Below are positions 19,874-29,079 of a stretch of DNA of 64,000 bases, piece after piece; positions within the stretch are counted from its first letter, which is position 1, and every line of letters begins with the position of its first letter. The notes beneath the pieces were generated by a model, which was not told the origin of the DNA, made no database searches, and saw only the letters and a program-made list of their open reading frames with translations. Source of the DNA: Chloroflexota bacterium (GTDB lineage Bacteria > Chloroflexota > UBA5177); NCBI GenBank assembly GCA_036752825.1, contig DAIORV010000001.1, forward strand, positions 42,843-106,842, read 5' to 3'. The position numbers were made by a program, and so were the translations under genes.

Positions 19874-20908
19874 GTGAACCACCGCGACCGCTTGGAGACG
19901 TTGGAGGATGAAATCCTTGCGCCGCATGCTGCTCACAGCAACCGCAGCCGAGGTCGAGAGCGTCCGGAGCCCGAGTCGCCGGTTCGAACCGCGTATCAGA
20001 GAGATCGAGACCGCGTCATCCACGCCAACGCCTTCAGACGTCTGCGGGGAAAGACTCAGGTCTTCATCGCCGTAGCCGGAGACCATTACGCCACGCGCCT
20101 GAGCCACGCTCTCGAGGTGGCACAAGTCGCACGCGACATCGCGCGCGCTCTGAGATTGAACGAGGACCTAGCGGAGGCAATAGCGCTCGCTCATGACCTC
20201 GGCCACGCTCCTTTCGGACACGCGGGCCAGCACGCGCTGGATCAGCTTCTCGGTGAGGGATACGAGCACGACAAACAGAGTCTTCGCGTGGTGAGGTTTA
20301 TCGAGAAGAGCGGGCGCGGCCTGAATCTCACTGAGGAAGTGCTTGACGGTATTCGAACGCACCGCAAGCCTCGGCATAGCCTTGCCGGCACTACCGCCGG
20401 TCCTTCCTCGACACTCGAAGCCGAAGTCGTGAAGCTGTCGGATGCCATCGCCTACATAAACCACGATGTCGACGACGCTGTGAGGGCTCATATTATTGCC
20501 GAAAGTGACCTTCCGTCGGATGCGGTGCGGCATCTCGGCCATAGCAGGTCCCAAAGGATAAACACGGCTGTATGCGACATCCTCGAGACCAGCGACGGGA
20601 AGCCACAAGTGGCCATGAGTGAGCGAACGCTGTCTGCGCTCGATGCTCTCCGCGACTACTTATTTCTGCACGTGTACACGAATCCGGCGGTCAAGCGAGA
20701 GTCGGCTCGTGCCGAGGGAGTCGTGGAGAGGCTCTTCGAATACTATTGCTCGCATCCCGACCTGCTTCCAGCCGAGTACCAAGAGGATCCACGGCGGGAA
20801 GGAACAGAGAGGCGCGTCGCCGACTACATCGCGGGTATGACGGATGCCTTTGCCATCACCACCTTTGAGGATCTCTTTGTCCCCAAAACGTGGCCCCTCG
20901 ACGGCTGA
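19874..20908 (+). CDS. dGTP triphosphohydrolase-like HD-domain phosphohydrolase
   Basis: 'TAYQRDRDRVIHANAFRRL', 'HALEVAQVARDIARAL', 'AHDLGHAPFGHAGQ'. There is no in-frame ATG after the asnS stop. GTG 19874 is proposed; TTG 19892 or 19901 are alternatives. Confidence 0.7.
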   Translation: MNHRDRLETLEDEILAPHAAHSNRSRGRERPEPESPVRTAYQRDRDRVIHANAFRRLRGKTQVFIAVAGDHYATRLSHALEVAQVARDIARALRLNEDLAEAIALAHDLGHAPFGHAGQHALDQLLGEGYEHDKQSLRVVRFIEKSGRGLNLTEEVLDGIRTHRKPRHSLAGTTAGPSSTLEAEVVKLSDAIAYINHDVDDAVRAHIIAESDLPSDAVRHLGHSRSQRINTAVCDILETSDGKPQVAMSERTLSALDALRDYLFLHVYTNPAVKRESARAEGVVERLFEYYCSHPDLLPAEYQEDPRREGTERRVADYIAGMTDAFAITTFEDLFVPKTWPLDG

Positions 20909-20911
20909 CCG

Positions 20912-21991
20912 TTAGTCGGGAGGCGGGCCGTCCGCCCGGCTCAATCGCTCTTTGACGCTGAACTCGTCCGTGGGGCGAAATGCGTAGTGGCGCTGCATCT
21001 CTCCGAGCAGCCCCATGGTAAAGAGCTGCAGTCCGCTGACTACCAAGATACCGGAGAAGACCAGCAACGGCCCGTGAGACTGAAACACGGCGTGTCCCAA
21101 CAGTTTGAGAACGAAAAGATAGAGAAATCCAGCCGCGCCGAGGCTAAGCGAGAGCGCGCCAAGCAGACCGAACAATTGAAGCGGGCGCTGCATGTACCGG
21201 GTGAGGAACAGCACCTTGATGAAATCGAGGAGTCCTTTGAAGAGCCTGGACGCGCCGAACTTGGAGCTGCCGTACTTGCGAGCGTGATGCTCGACTTCGA
21301 GCTCACCGATTCGATAACCCTTCCAGTACGCCATTACCGGAATGAAACGATGCAGCTCTCCGTACAGTTTTAGATCTTCCAGCACTTCACGTCGGTATGC
21401 TTTGTAGCCGCAATTGAAGTCATGCAGCGGAATACCCGTGGAGAGGCGCACGACTAAATTGAATAGCCGAGAGGGCAGCGTCTTGGTCAGCGGATCTCGC
21501 CGCCTTCTCTTCCAACCGCTGACCAGGTCATATTCGTTGGTTTCCTCCAAGAACCGGGATAGCTCCTTGGGGTCATCCTGCAAGTCCGAGTCCATCGTCA
21601 CGATGACAGACCCGCGTGCCTCCTGGAAGCCCGCAAGCAACGCGGCAGTCTTGCCGAAATTTCGCCTTAGCCCCACGACCTCGACTCTGGAATCCTGAAG
21701 GTACAACCGCTCGAGGACGTTGAAACTGCTGTCCCGGCTGCCATCATCCACGAAGATGATTTCCGAACGCAGATCGAGTTTGTTGAGAACCTCGGTCAAT
21801 CTGCCATGAAGCTCCTCTAGGCTCTCCGCCTCGTCGTACACCGGAACCACGATCGAAAGGTCGGGTGCGCCAACAATTGGGACGGCACGTACTCGAGACG
21901 ATTCAGTCAGAGTCACGCCCGTTACTCCGGGACCACCAGCGGGAGTGCCGGCCGACCGTCTCGGTACGCGGTCGCGGCGCGCCCACTCCAT
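20912..21991 (-). CDS. GT2-family polyprenyl-phosphate glycosyltransferase (DPM1/GtrB/ArnC-like) with two C-terminal TM helices
   Basis: 'LSIVVPVYDEAESL', 'IIFVDDGSRD', 'VIVTMDSDLQDDP', with a TM pair at the C-terminus. Start is ATG 21991 (overlaps the 3' end of PAP2 by 70 nt) or GTG 21916 (GGAG sits 8 nt upstream). The first ~148 codons of the ORF-track entry are antisense to the real PAP2 gene and were discarded. Confidence 0.75.
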   Translation of the reverse strand: MEWARRDRVPRRSAGTPAGGPGVTGVTLTESSRVRAVPIVGAPDLSIVVPVYDEAESLEELHGRLTEVLNKLDLRSEIIFVDDGSRDSSFNVLERLYLQDSRVEVVGLRRNFGKTAALLAGFQEARGSVIVTMDSDLQDDPKELSRFLEETNEYDLVSGWKRRRRDPLTKTLPSRLFNLVVRLSTGIPLHDFNCGYKAYRREVLEDLKLYGELHRFIPVMAYWKGYRIGELEVEHHARKYGSSKFGASRLFKGLLDFIKVLFLTRYMQRPLQLFGLLGALSLSLGAAGFLYLFVLKLLGHAVFQSHGPLLVFSGILVVSGLQLFTMGLLGEMQRHYAFRPTDEFSVKERLSRADGPPPD

Positions 21992-22836
21992 GACATTCCG
22001 GTATTCCAGGCGGCACGCGATCCGGCAAGCACTACCCAGGCGATGAGCACGGTCAGAAGAGCTCCGACCACGTCCAGTATCCAGTGATTGGCAGACGCTA
22101 TAACGGTAACCGCCATGGCCGCGGGATATATCACCCCTGCAACGCGCCAGGCTAACTTGCGCTCTGACAGGATGAGCGCTGCTCCTACTATGACCGCGTA
22201 TGCGACATGAAGACTCGGCATCGCCGCGTACGGATTGTACGTGTACGAGCTGAGCTGGGCACCGCCGGCTTGTACGAGGTGCTGCATCTGTTCTGGATCC
22301 GTGAAACCGTAGTTCGCGAACATGCGCGGGGGAGCGGTCGGGTACAGATAGAAAATGCTGAGAGCAAGTCCAGTGGTCATCACGAAGAGATTTCGAATCG
22401 CACCGTAGTACTCTCTTCGCCTCGTGTAGAGCCACACCAGGATGCCGATCGTGCCTACGAGATGACCGACGGCGTAAAAGAGGTCAACCCCGTTCATGAC
22501 AGGGCCTAGCTTTAGGAAGAACTGCTCCACTCGAGCCTCGACGAAGAGCCCATGACGCCACTCCAGGCCCAGGATTCGGTAGGAGTGCAAGAATGCCACG
22601 TCCCGGTTGTACGGAATTTGGGCTCGTGCCAGTTCGTACGCCTGCTCAAGCGCCAGCAGAATACCGATATTGGCTGTGAACTTGAAGACTCGCTCCGTCT
22701 GCCGGCCGAAGAGTTGGACGTCTGCGAATCGTGCGGTAATGCAAGCAAGGGCTGTAACCAGCAAAACGATGGCCAGCACGAGAACGAAATCGCCCAATTG
22801 CAGCTGATGCCACAGGACGTGAGCTAGGCTCAGCAT
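21922..22836 (-). CDS. PAP2-superfamily integral membrane protein (Aur1/IPC-synthase-like PAP2_3)
   Basis: Multi-pass membrane protein with 'AMPSLHVAYAVIVG' and 'HWILDVVGALL', a PAP2 signature. Confidence 0.65.
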   Translation of the reverse strand: MLSLAHVLWHQLQLGDFVLVLAIVLLVTALACITARFADVQLFGRQTERVFKFTANIGILLALEQAYELARAQIPYNRDVAFLHSYRILGLEWRHGLFVEARVEQFFLKLGPVMNGVDLFYAVGHLVGTIGILVWLYTRRREYYGAIRNLFVMTTGLALSIFYLYPTAPPRMFANYGFTDPEQMQHLVQAGGAQLSSYTYNPYAAMPSLHVAYAVIVGAALILSERKLAWRVAGVIYPAAMAVTVIASANHWILDVVGALLTVLIAWVVLAGSRAAWNTGMSWSGRAATAYRDGRPALPLVVPE

Positions 22837-22916
22837 TAAAGATCCATAGCCTTGAAGTCGCCTAACTATATCAACCAGTGTCCCCGGTGGTGCCCGGCCC
22901 CACTCGACATAACAAG

Positions 22917-22945
22917 ATGACAGAAGGCCTCGTGGGGCGTATAAT
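22917..22945 (+). promoter_or_regulatory. Candidate promoter (ATGACA-17 nt-TATAAT) with a ~120-nt leader to the 23069 ORF
   Basis: -35 ATGACA at 22917-22922, a 17-nt spacer, and a perfect -10 TATAAT at 22940-22945. Confidence 0.4.
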
Positions 22946-23068
22946 GCCGGGTAGTACGGTTAGCCGGGGGCGCCAATTCGCACGGAACAAGAAGCGGACG
23001 GAGATATGGTCAAAGAAGTACAGTCGCGTGGCTCGAGCTCGCGTCAACCGACGCGTGAAGGAGACCCC

Positions 23069-23230
23069 ATGATCAAGATAGAAGTGACGACGGCACTGAA
23101 GGATGCGCTTGAACATGCGGTCGCGAGCGGTACTGCACAGGTGGCGCTCTACAAGGACAAGCCGGTCGTCATTCTGAGCTACGACGAGTACGAGCGGATG
23201 TACGACGAAGAGGAAAACGCCGCAGTCTGA
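23069..23230 (+). CDS. Mini Phd/YefM-like (antitoxin-fold) protein, 53 aa, no cognate toxin
   Basis: AAGGAG RBS at 23056-23061, then ATG 23069. 'MIKIEVTTALKDALEHAVASGTAQVALYKDKPVVILSYDEYERM' resembles the Phd/YefM N-terminal dimerisation and DNA-binding region, but the toxin-binding C-terminus is absent. Confidence 0.45.
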   Translation: MIKIEVTTALKDALEHAVASGTAQVALYKDKPVVILSYDEYERMYDEEENAAV

Positions 23231-23234
23231 CCTG

Positions 23235-23825
23235 TTAGTGAGTGGATGGCTCGATCAGGCCGTAGTTTCCCTCGGCACGCCGGTAGAGGACGTTGAGAAC
23301 CTCATTCCGGGCATTGAGAAATACATAGAAGTCTCTTTCCCCGGCCAGCAGTTCGTCGAGCGCCTCGTCCTCGAACATCGGCTTCATCTCGAGCGACTCG
23401 ACGAGAATCTCGCCTTCAGGCGTCCCATTCTCCGGGCCAGGCGGTTCGCGCCCGACTTCCCCCTCAGATGGAAGCGTTTCTAGGCGGCTACCGTGATGGG
23501 ACTTCATGCGCTCTTTGGCGCGGTTGAGCTGCCTGTAGAGCTTGTCGACGGCGTCGTCGATGGCCGCATACATGTCTGCGTTCGAGGTCGCTGCCCTAAT
23601 CGTTCGGCCCCGGACGTGCGCCGTGGCCTCCACCAGATTGTGATATGCCGCATCACGGGTCTTCTCAGTCGAAAGCTCTATCTCGATCACATTGAGTCTG
23701 TCCAGGTACTTGTCCAGGCGTTCCATCTTGTGGATCACGTGGTCGCGAAGGACCGATGTTACGGACATGTTCTTCCCCTTGACGTCCACGGCGACGCCGC
23801 CCGGGGTTCGATGTCCTTTCCTCAT
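23235..23825 (-). CDS. hpf: Ribosome hibernation promoting factor, long form
   Basis: N-terminal 'VDVKGKNMSVTSVLRDHVIHKMERL' matches the HPF/YfiA start, followed by a linker and a C-terminal dimerisation domain ('DFYVFLNARNEVLNVLYRRAEGNYGLIEP'). Confidence 0.8.
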   Translation of the reverse strand: MRKGHRTPGGVAVDVKGKNMSVTSVLRDHVIHKMERLDKYLDRLNVIEIELSTEKTRDAAYHNLVEATAHVRGRTIRAATSNADMYAAIDDAVDKLYRQLNRAKERMKSHHGSRLETLPSEGEVGREPPGPENGTPEGEILVESLEMKPMFEDEALDELLAGERDFYVFLNARNEVLNVLYRRAEGNYGLIEPSTH

Positions 23826-23875
23826 TGAGCTTGACTCCTTTGCTGCGACACCAAGATCGCGCGAAGACTCATCTC

Positions 23876-23913
23876 AGAAAACAAAAAAGCGCTCTTCTGG
23901 GCAGAAGAGCGCT
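23876..23913 (-). terminator. Rho-independent terminator downstream of ftsK (minus strand)
   Basis: On the minus strand: AGCGCTCTTCTG-(ccc)-CAGAAGAGCGCT (an 11-12 bp GC-rich stem) followed by TTTTTTGTTTT. Confidence 0.7.
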
Positions 23914-24012
23914 CTCAGTCTGTTGATGATCCTGCGCATAGTTGAGTCTAGGACTGCCTGTCAGGTCTGTCAAAACCATCGTGCGAGTGGTGCAGTGGTA
24001 CCCCGTCCGACC

Positions 24013-26187
24013 TTAAGCTGCGTCCGGATCCCCGCCAGGTTCCAGAACCTCCCGCTGTTTGCTGCCGTCCGCTGGGCCTACGATGCCTCTGTCCTCCAAC
24101 TGATCGACTATTCTCGCGGCTCGCGAATATCCGATCTTGAGCCGTCGCTGAAGCAGGGACACTGAAGCGTGCTTGTACTCCTGGACGACGCGTTTCGCCT
24201 CACCTAGCAGTTCATCACCATCCTGTCGGGCCGCCTTCTCGGCGGCCGCAAACTCTTCCTGGCTTATCTTCTGGATGGCTTCGCGCAGAGGACTGCTCTT
24301 CCAGAATTCAACTAGGTGCTCGATCTCGTGATCGGTCACATTCGCGCCTTGCAAGCGAGTGGGGCGGGGCGCATCGGGAGGCTGGTACAACATGTCCCCG
24401 CGGCCCAGCAGCTTTTCCGCACCGACGGTATCGAGGATCGTGCGCGAGTCGACCTGAGAGCTCATGGAAAAAGCGATCCGGGCGGGGAAGTTCGCCTTGA
24501 TCAGACCGGTGACCACGTCAACCGACGGGCGTTGCGTCGCTATGACAAGGTGTATGCCGGCCGCTCTCGCGAGCTGCGCCAGGCGACAGATTGCGTCCTC
24601 CACCTCCTCGGGGGAGATCATCATGAGATCCGCTAGCTCGTCCACGATGATCACGATAAACGGGAGCTTCTTTTGGCCGACGGTCTCCATCTTTTCGTTG
24701 TAACGCTGAATGTTCCGCACAGTGGCGTCGGAGAACATCTGATAACGACGCTCCATCTCTCGAAGCGCCCACTGCAGCATTCCCAGGACCTTGTCCATGT
24801 TGGTCACGACCGGGCTCAGCAGGTGAGGAACACCGTTGTAGACCGTCAGCTCAACCATTTTTGGGTCCACCAGCATCAGCCGGACCTGGTCGGGCGTGTT
24901 CGCGTAGAGGAGGCAGCTTATCAGTGCGTTGACGCAAACGCTCTTCCCCGAGCCCGTCGCCCCCGCGATCAGCAGGTGTGGCATTTTTGCCAGGTCCACC
25001 ACGGCCGGCACGCCTGCCACGTCTTTTCCTAGCACGACCTTCAGGGGGGACGAAACGGTGCGGTACTTTTCGCTCTCCAGCAAGTCCCGCAAAGACACGA
25101 GGGAGGCCGCGGTGTTCGGTATCTCGATGCCGATCACGGACTTGCCGGGCACCGGCGCCTGCATGCGTATGGTCGGCGCAGCCAGCGCGAGAGCCAAATC
25201 GTTTTGCAGCGCCGTGATGCTCTTTACCTTCACTCCCCGGTCGGGTTGGATATCGAACTGCGTCACCACCGGGCCGACGTGGTGGTCCACGACTCGAGCC
25301 GCAACATTGAAGCTTGCCAGCGTTTCCTGGATGCGCTGCGACTTGTATTCCACATCTAGGGCGGTAGCCGGGCCTTTGGGGGCCGGCAAGAAAATGTCGA
25401 TCGGTGGAAGCAAGGGGCCGTTCTTAGCCGGGGGCAACCCCGGCTGTGCCGGCGACGTGGCAATCGGCGGTTTGGACTTTTGCTGCGCTCTGGAGAAAAT
25501 GCGCCGTACCGGCTCCTCGGGTTCCAGCGCACTTGCCTCATCGGCCGTGTACGGTTCAAGCGGCGGCGGGTCAAATGCGGCGGAGTGAACCGTCTCCCGT
25601 TCATTGACGGCTTCGAGCGCGCTACCCGCTCTTTCCGACAGCGCTGCAATCCAACCAAAAAGCGGAATTCTTGCGAGAAGCGCCAGCGCGAGCAACAAAA
25701 GCGCGCACAGCGCGATGACCGCGACTGTTCCGGCACCCAAGGGTCCGAGCAGAAGGAAAGAGCTTCCCTTTCCGAGCCCCGCTCCGATGAAGTGCCCCGT
25801 GATGGAAATCGCGACGAGCACGAGGACGATAGATCCCAGGAGATTGCGGCCGCGATCGACGGTCATCGCCTCCAGCTCCGCGCGCCACCACGGCGAGAGT
25901 CGAGCCGCCAGAGCAGACACGAACAAGACCGCCGGCCAAATCGCTTCGAGGCCAGGTTGGTAGCTCCGGGCAATGTACGCGTAGAGCTGAACACCAGCCG
26001 ACGCCAGGCCGCAAAGGACGAGGAGCAACGTCACAAGCTGTGACGCGGACCGTGGGCGTGAGAACGATTCCAGGCGCCCAACTACAAAAAGCGCCCGACG
26101 CCACAAGGGCCGGCGCTGAGTCGTCTGTCGTACGCTCTTCGCCCTCGGTGCCCGAGTGCGAGAAGCAGTGGTCTTTTTCACAGCCAT
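24013..26187 (-). CDS. ftsK: DNA translocase FtsK/SpoIIIE
   Basis: N-terminal TM segments, a Pro/Ala-rich linker, a motor with Walker A 'IAGATGSGKSV' and 'VIIVDELADLMM', and a C-terminal gamma winged-helix domain. Confidence 0.9.
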   Translation of the reverse strand: MAVKKTTASRTRAPRAKSVRQTTQRRPLWRRALFVVGRLESFSRPRSASQLVTLLLVLCGLASAGVQLYAYIARSYQPGLEAIWPAVLFVSALAARLSPWWRAELEAMTVDRGRNLLGSIVLVLVAISITGHFIGAGLGKGSSFLLLGPLGAGTVAVIALCALLLLALALLARIPLFGWIAALSERAGSALEAVNERETVHSAAFDPPPLEPYTADEASALEPEEPVRRIFSRAQQKSKPPIATSPAQPGLPPAKNGPLLPPIDIFLPAPKGPATALDVEYKSQRIQETLASFNVAARVVDHHVGPVVTQFDIQPDRGVKVKSITALQNDLALALAAPTIRMQAPVPGKSVIGIEIPNTAASLVSLRDLLESEKYRTVSSPLKVVLGKDVAGVPAVVDLAKMPHLLIAGATGSGKSVCVNALISCLLYANTPDQVRLMLVDPKMVELTVYNGVPHLLSPVVTNMDKVLGMLQWALREMERRYQMFSDATVRNIQRYNEKMETVGQKKLPFIVIIVDELADLMMISPEEVEDAICRLAQLARAAGIHLVIATQRPSVDVVTGLIKANFPARIAFSMSSQVDSRTILDTVGAEKLLGRGDMLYQPPDAPRPTRLQGANVTDHEIEHLVEFWKSSPLREAIQKISQEEFAAAEKAARQDGDELLGEAKRVVQEYKHASVSLLQRRLKIGYSRAARIVDQLEDRGIVGPADGSKQREVLEPGGDPDAA

Positions 26188-26239
26188 AAGGGTCGGTGGC
26201 TGGAAGGTGGGGGACGACTCAGAGCTTAGCAGCCGCGGC

Positions 26240-26286
26240 CCGTCAAGTAAAGAACGGGCCCGGGGAGGAGAAACCCAGGCCCGTTC
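26240..26286 (-). terminator. Candidate terminator after the M16 peptidase operon (minus strand)
   Basis: 9-bp stem GAACGGGCC/GGCCCGTTC with a 17-nt loop, followed on the minus strand by TTTACTT. Weaker than the ftsK terminator. Confidence 0.35.
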
Positions 26287-26444
26287 TTCGGAGGAGAAGT
26301 GTGAGCGACCCTAAACCGTATGCTACGCGCCAAATGTTGGAACAACATTAGGAAGTCTGCGGACACCACGGCTTGTACGGGGACGGGAGGACGAGGCCTC
26401 GGTCGCGTAGCGATCGTGTCCCTTTGCTCTGTCTCAGGATGCAA

Positions 26445-27719
26445 TCAGGCTGACTGGCGAAGAGACTCGCCGGGAAGGGGTCCGCCCGCCGTTACGACCT
26501 GCTTGGGCCATAAGGGGAAGTCGTTCACCAAGGCCTGAAGATCCTCCAGACTCACCGACTCAATCCTCTCTCGGATCTCCTCCAGAGTCTCCAGCCGGCC
26601 GCGCGTTTGCCATGACGAAATGAGACCCATCATGCGCTCATTGGTACTCTCGCCACCGATGATCAACGAGCTGTTCAGCTTTGCTTTGCAGCGTTCTAGC
26701 TCCTCCTGCTCGATATCAAAATTCTGAACGCGCTCCAGCTCGTGTTGCGTGACATCCAACACTTGCTGTGCCAGAGACGGCTGAGTGACGAGATAGACCA
26801 CGAATAGGCCCGTGTCCTCAAACTCAATGAGCTGAGCGCTCGCGGACTCTGCGAGCCCCGTCTGATTGAGCGCCCAGAACAGTCGAGACCCCGTGTCGTC
26901 TCCCAGAATCGTGGCGAGAATGGCGGAGGCGTAATAGCGGCTGTCATTGCGAGCCACCGTGGGTACGCCAATCGCGATCTGCTCCTGCACGAATTTCTCG
27001 GTCGGATAAACCTTGAAAGAGGGGTCGATCTGGACACGTACGGAAGCTCTGCCCGTTTCGCCGGGCTGCCAACCGGCGCTCAGGTGTTCGACCTGCTTCA
27101 CAACCTCGTTCCAATCGAAATTGCCGGCAATAGAAAAAATGATATTCCTGGTGCCGTACCGCCGTTCCCAGTAGGACCTCATTTCCTCAACCGTGAGCGC
27201 GTTGATGGTTTCAGGGGTGCCGAGGATGTCCATGGAAAGCGGATGCCCTCCGTAGAAATCGCGCATGAATCTGCTGATCAGAACGTGTGATGGAACGTCG
27301 TCATACCTGGCTATCTCCTCGAGAATGACTTTCCGTTCTGTGTCGAAAGCCTCCGCCTCCAGAGTCGGATGCGTCAATTCCGCCAGGATTTCCAGAGTTC
27401 GGGGCAGATTCTCCCGCAGCACCCTCGCCCAGTAATACGTCATCTCCCACGACGTAGCAGCGTTGTGCTCTGCTCCAAGCTCCTCAAATGCTCGATCGAT
27501 CTCTTCGCCCGTGAACGATTTGGTCTTCCGAAACGCCATGTGCTCGAGGAAGTGGGATACCCCCATCTGTCGACGATCTTCGTCGCGTGTCCCGGTGCAC
27601 ACCCAGAAGGCTGCGGCGACTGATTGGACTCCCGGAATCTCTTGTCCGATCATTTGCAAGCCGTTTGTAAGCAAATGCGTGTAGAACCGGCTGTCCTGCC
27701 GGGTGAGAGTAGTAGCCAT
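26445..27719 (-). CDS. M16-family zinc peptidase (pitrilysin/insulinase-like), subunit 1
   Basis: Inverted zinc motif 'HFLEHMAFRKT' (HxxEH) with a downstream Glu. Start is ATG 27719, 5 nt after GAGGAG; the TTG at 27722 is the ORF-track start. Confidence 0.8.
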   Translation of the reverse strand: MATTLTRQDSRFYTHLLTNGLQMIGQEIPGVQSVAAAFWVCTGTRDEDRRQMGVSHFLEHMAFRKTKSFTGEEIDRAFEELGAEHNAATSWEMTYYWARVLRENLPRTLEILAELTHPTLEAEAFDTERKVILEEIARYDDVPSHVLISRFMRDFYGGHPLSMDILGTPETINALTVEEMRSYWERRYGTRNIIFSIAGNFDWNEVVKQVEHLSAGWQPGETGRASVRVQIDPSFKVYPTEKFVQEQIAIGVPTVARNDSRYYASAILATILGDDTGSRLFWALNQTGLAESASAQLIEFEDTGLFVVYLVTQPSLAQQVLDVTQHELERVQNFDIEQEELERCKAKLNSSLIIGGESTNERMMGLISSWQTRGRLETLEEIRERIESVSLEDLQALVNDFPLWPKQVVTAGGPLPGESLRQSA

Positions 27720-27730
27720 CAACGCTCCTC

Positions 27731-29008
27731 TTAAGAAGGCACCATTTCGCTTTGAAAAAGATCCTGCCTGGATCTCGGGCCCAGCGCGACCGCGGCGATC
27801 CTGTGGGTCACCCCGAGGTCTCGCAGAAGGGCAGCCACCTCACCTAAGGTCACCCGGTCAATGCGCTGCTTGGCTTCGTCCAAGCTATACAACTGCCGTT
27901 CCATCCACCAGCTGCGCATGTTCGTGGCCATGCGAGCGTAAGTGCTCTCGCTTCTCATGATGACCTGGCTCTTGAGCCGCGTCTTTGCCCTGTCCAGCTC
28001 CTCGGGCTCGAGCCCGTCAGCCTCGAGTTTTCTCAGCTCTCCAAGCACTACCTCGACGCTTTCCGGGGCTCGTTCGGGACTGGTACCGACATATATGCGT
28101 ACCAGCCCGGTATTTTCGAAGCCGTCGAACCTCGCCTGTGCGGCGTAAGCAAGCCCTCGTTTTTCTCGGACTTCTCGGTGGAGTCTCGAATTCGTTCCAC
28201 CGCCCAGCGCCTGTGCCGTAAGACCGGCGGCGTGATACCGAGGATCGGACGCGGCAACTCCCGGGAACGCGAAACCGAGGTTCTCTTGCGAAGCATCCTC
28301 TTTGCTAAGCACGGTGACGCTCTGATGAGGTTCCGGAGGCGACAGCCGGTCACGCTGAGTGCCCACGGGCCAATCTGCAGTAAGCGCTTCCAATTTCTGT
28401 ATCAGAGGTGCCCAATCAAAATTCCCAGCGACGGAAATTACGGCATTGTCGGGCCGGAAGAATCTCTTGTGATACTCGGCAAGGGCCTGGCGATCGATGT
28501 TCTCCATGGTTTCAGGGGAGCCGAGAACGTCGTTCCCCAGCGGGCTTCCCGCGAACAGCTCTCGACGAACCAGGTCCATAACCTTCTGTGGCGGCCGATC
28601 GTCTCTTTGGCTGATCTCCTGCAGCTGAAGCGTCCGGACGCTCTCCACCGCGTCATCAGGGAACGCCGGGAAGCGGGCGCAGTCCCCGAGCAGGTCCAGC
28701 GCTTCAAGGAGTCTGTCTCCCAGCATCTGGCAGCTCATGACGTGCATTTCGATGCCGGCGGAGGAGTCGTAAGACGCTCCGAGTCGGTCGAACTGCTCGG
28801 AAATCTCCCTTGCGCTTCGATGCTCCGTTCCTCGAAAAATCATCTGCTCGAGGAAGTGCGAAATCCCAAAATGCTTTGCGGACTCGTCCCGCGCTCCGAC
28901 TCCGAATAGCAGGCCCACGGCAGCCGACTGCACGCCAGCCATTGGCTCCCCGACGACCTGGGTACCATTCGACAGGCGTTGTCGAAGAAAGCGCTCTCCC
29001 TTTTCCAT
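27731..29008 (-). CDS. M16-family zinc peptidase, subunit 2
   Basis: 'HFLEQMIFRGTEHRS' (HxxEQ). Start moved to ATG 29008 ('MEKGERFLRQRLSNGTQVV'), which is preceded by GGAAGGA and aligns with the subunit-1 N-terminus. 29038 is an alternative. Confidence 0.75.
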   Translation of the reverse strand: MEKGERFLRQRLSNGTQVVGEPMAGVQSAAVGLLFGVGARDESAKHFGISHFLEQMIFRGTEHRSAREISEQFDRLGASYDSSAGIEMHVMSCQMLGDRLLEALDLLGDCARFPAFPDDAVESVRTLQLQEISQRDDRPPQKVMDLVRRELFAGSPLGNDVLGSPETMENIDRQALAEYHKRFFRPDNAVISVAGNFDWAPLIQKLEALTADWPVGTQRDRLSPPEPHQSVTVLSKEDASQENLGFAFPGVAASDPRYHAAGLTAQALGGGTNSRLHREVREKRGLAYAAQARFDGFENTGLVRIYVGTSPERAPESVEVVLGELRKLEADGLEPEELDRAKTRLKSQVIMRSESTYARMATNMRSWWMERQLYSLDEAKQRIDRVTLGEVAALLRDLGVTHRIAAVALGPRSRQDLFQSEMVPS

Positions 29009-29079
29009 CGCTATCCTTCCCAGGCTCTCCCAGATCAACCGGAGCCATTTAAGGATACTTTAGCGTCGAGCAATTTCCC

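Noticed and set aside
20912-22435. N-terminal ~148 codons of the 507-aa GT2 ORF
   Set aside because: That portion is antisense-overlapping the real PAP2 gene (21922..22836) and has no GT motifs. The GT2 domain begins at 'LSIVVPVYDE', so the start was trimmed to 21991 or 21916.
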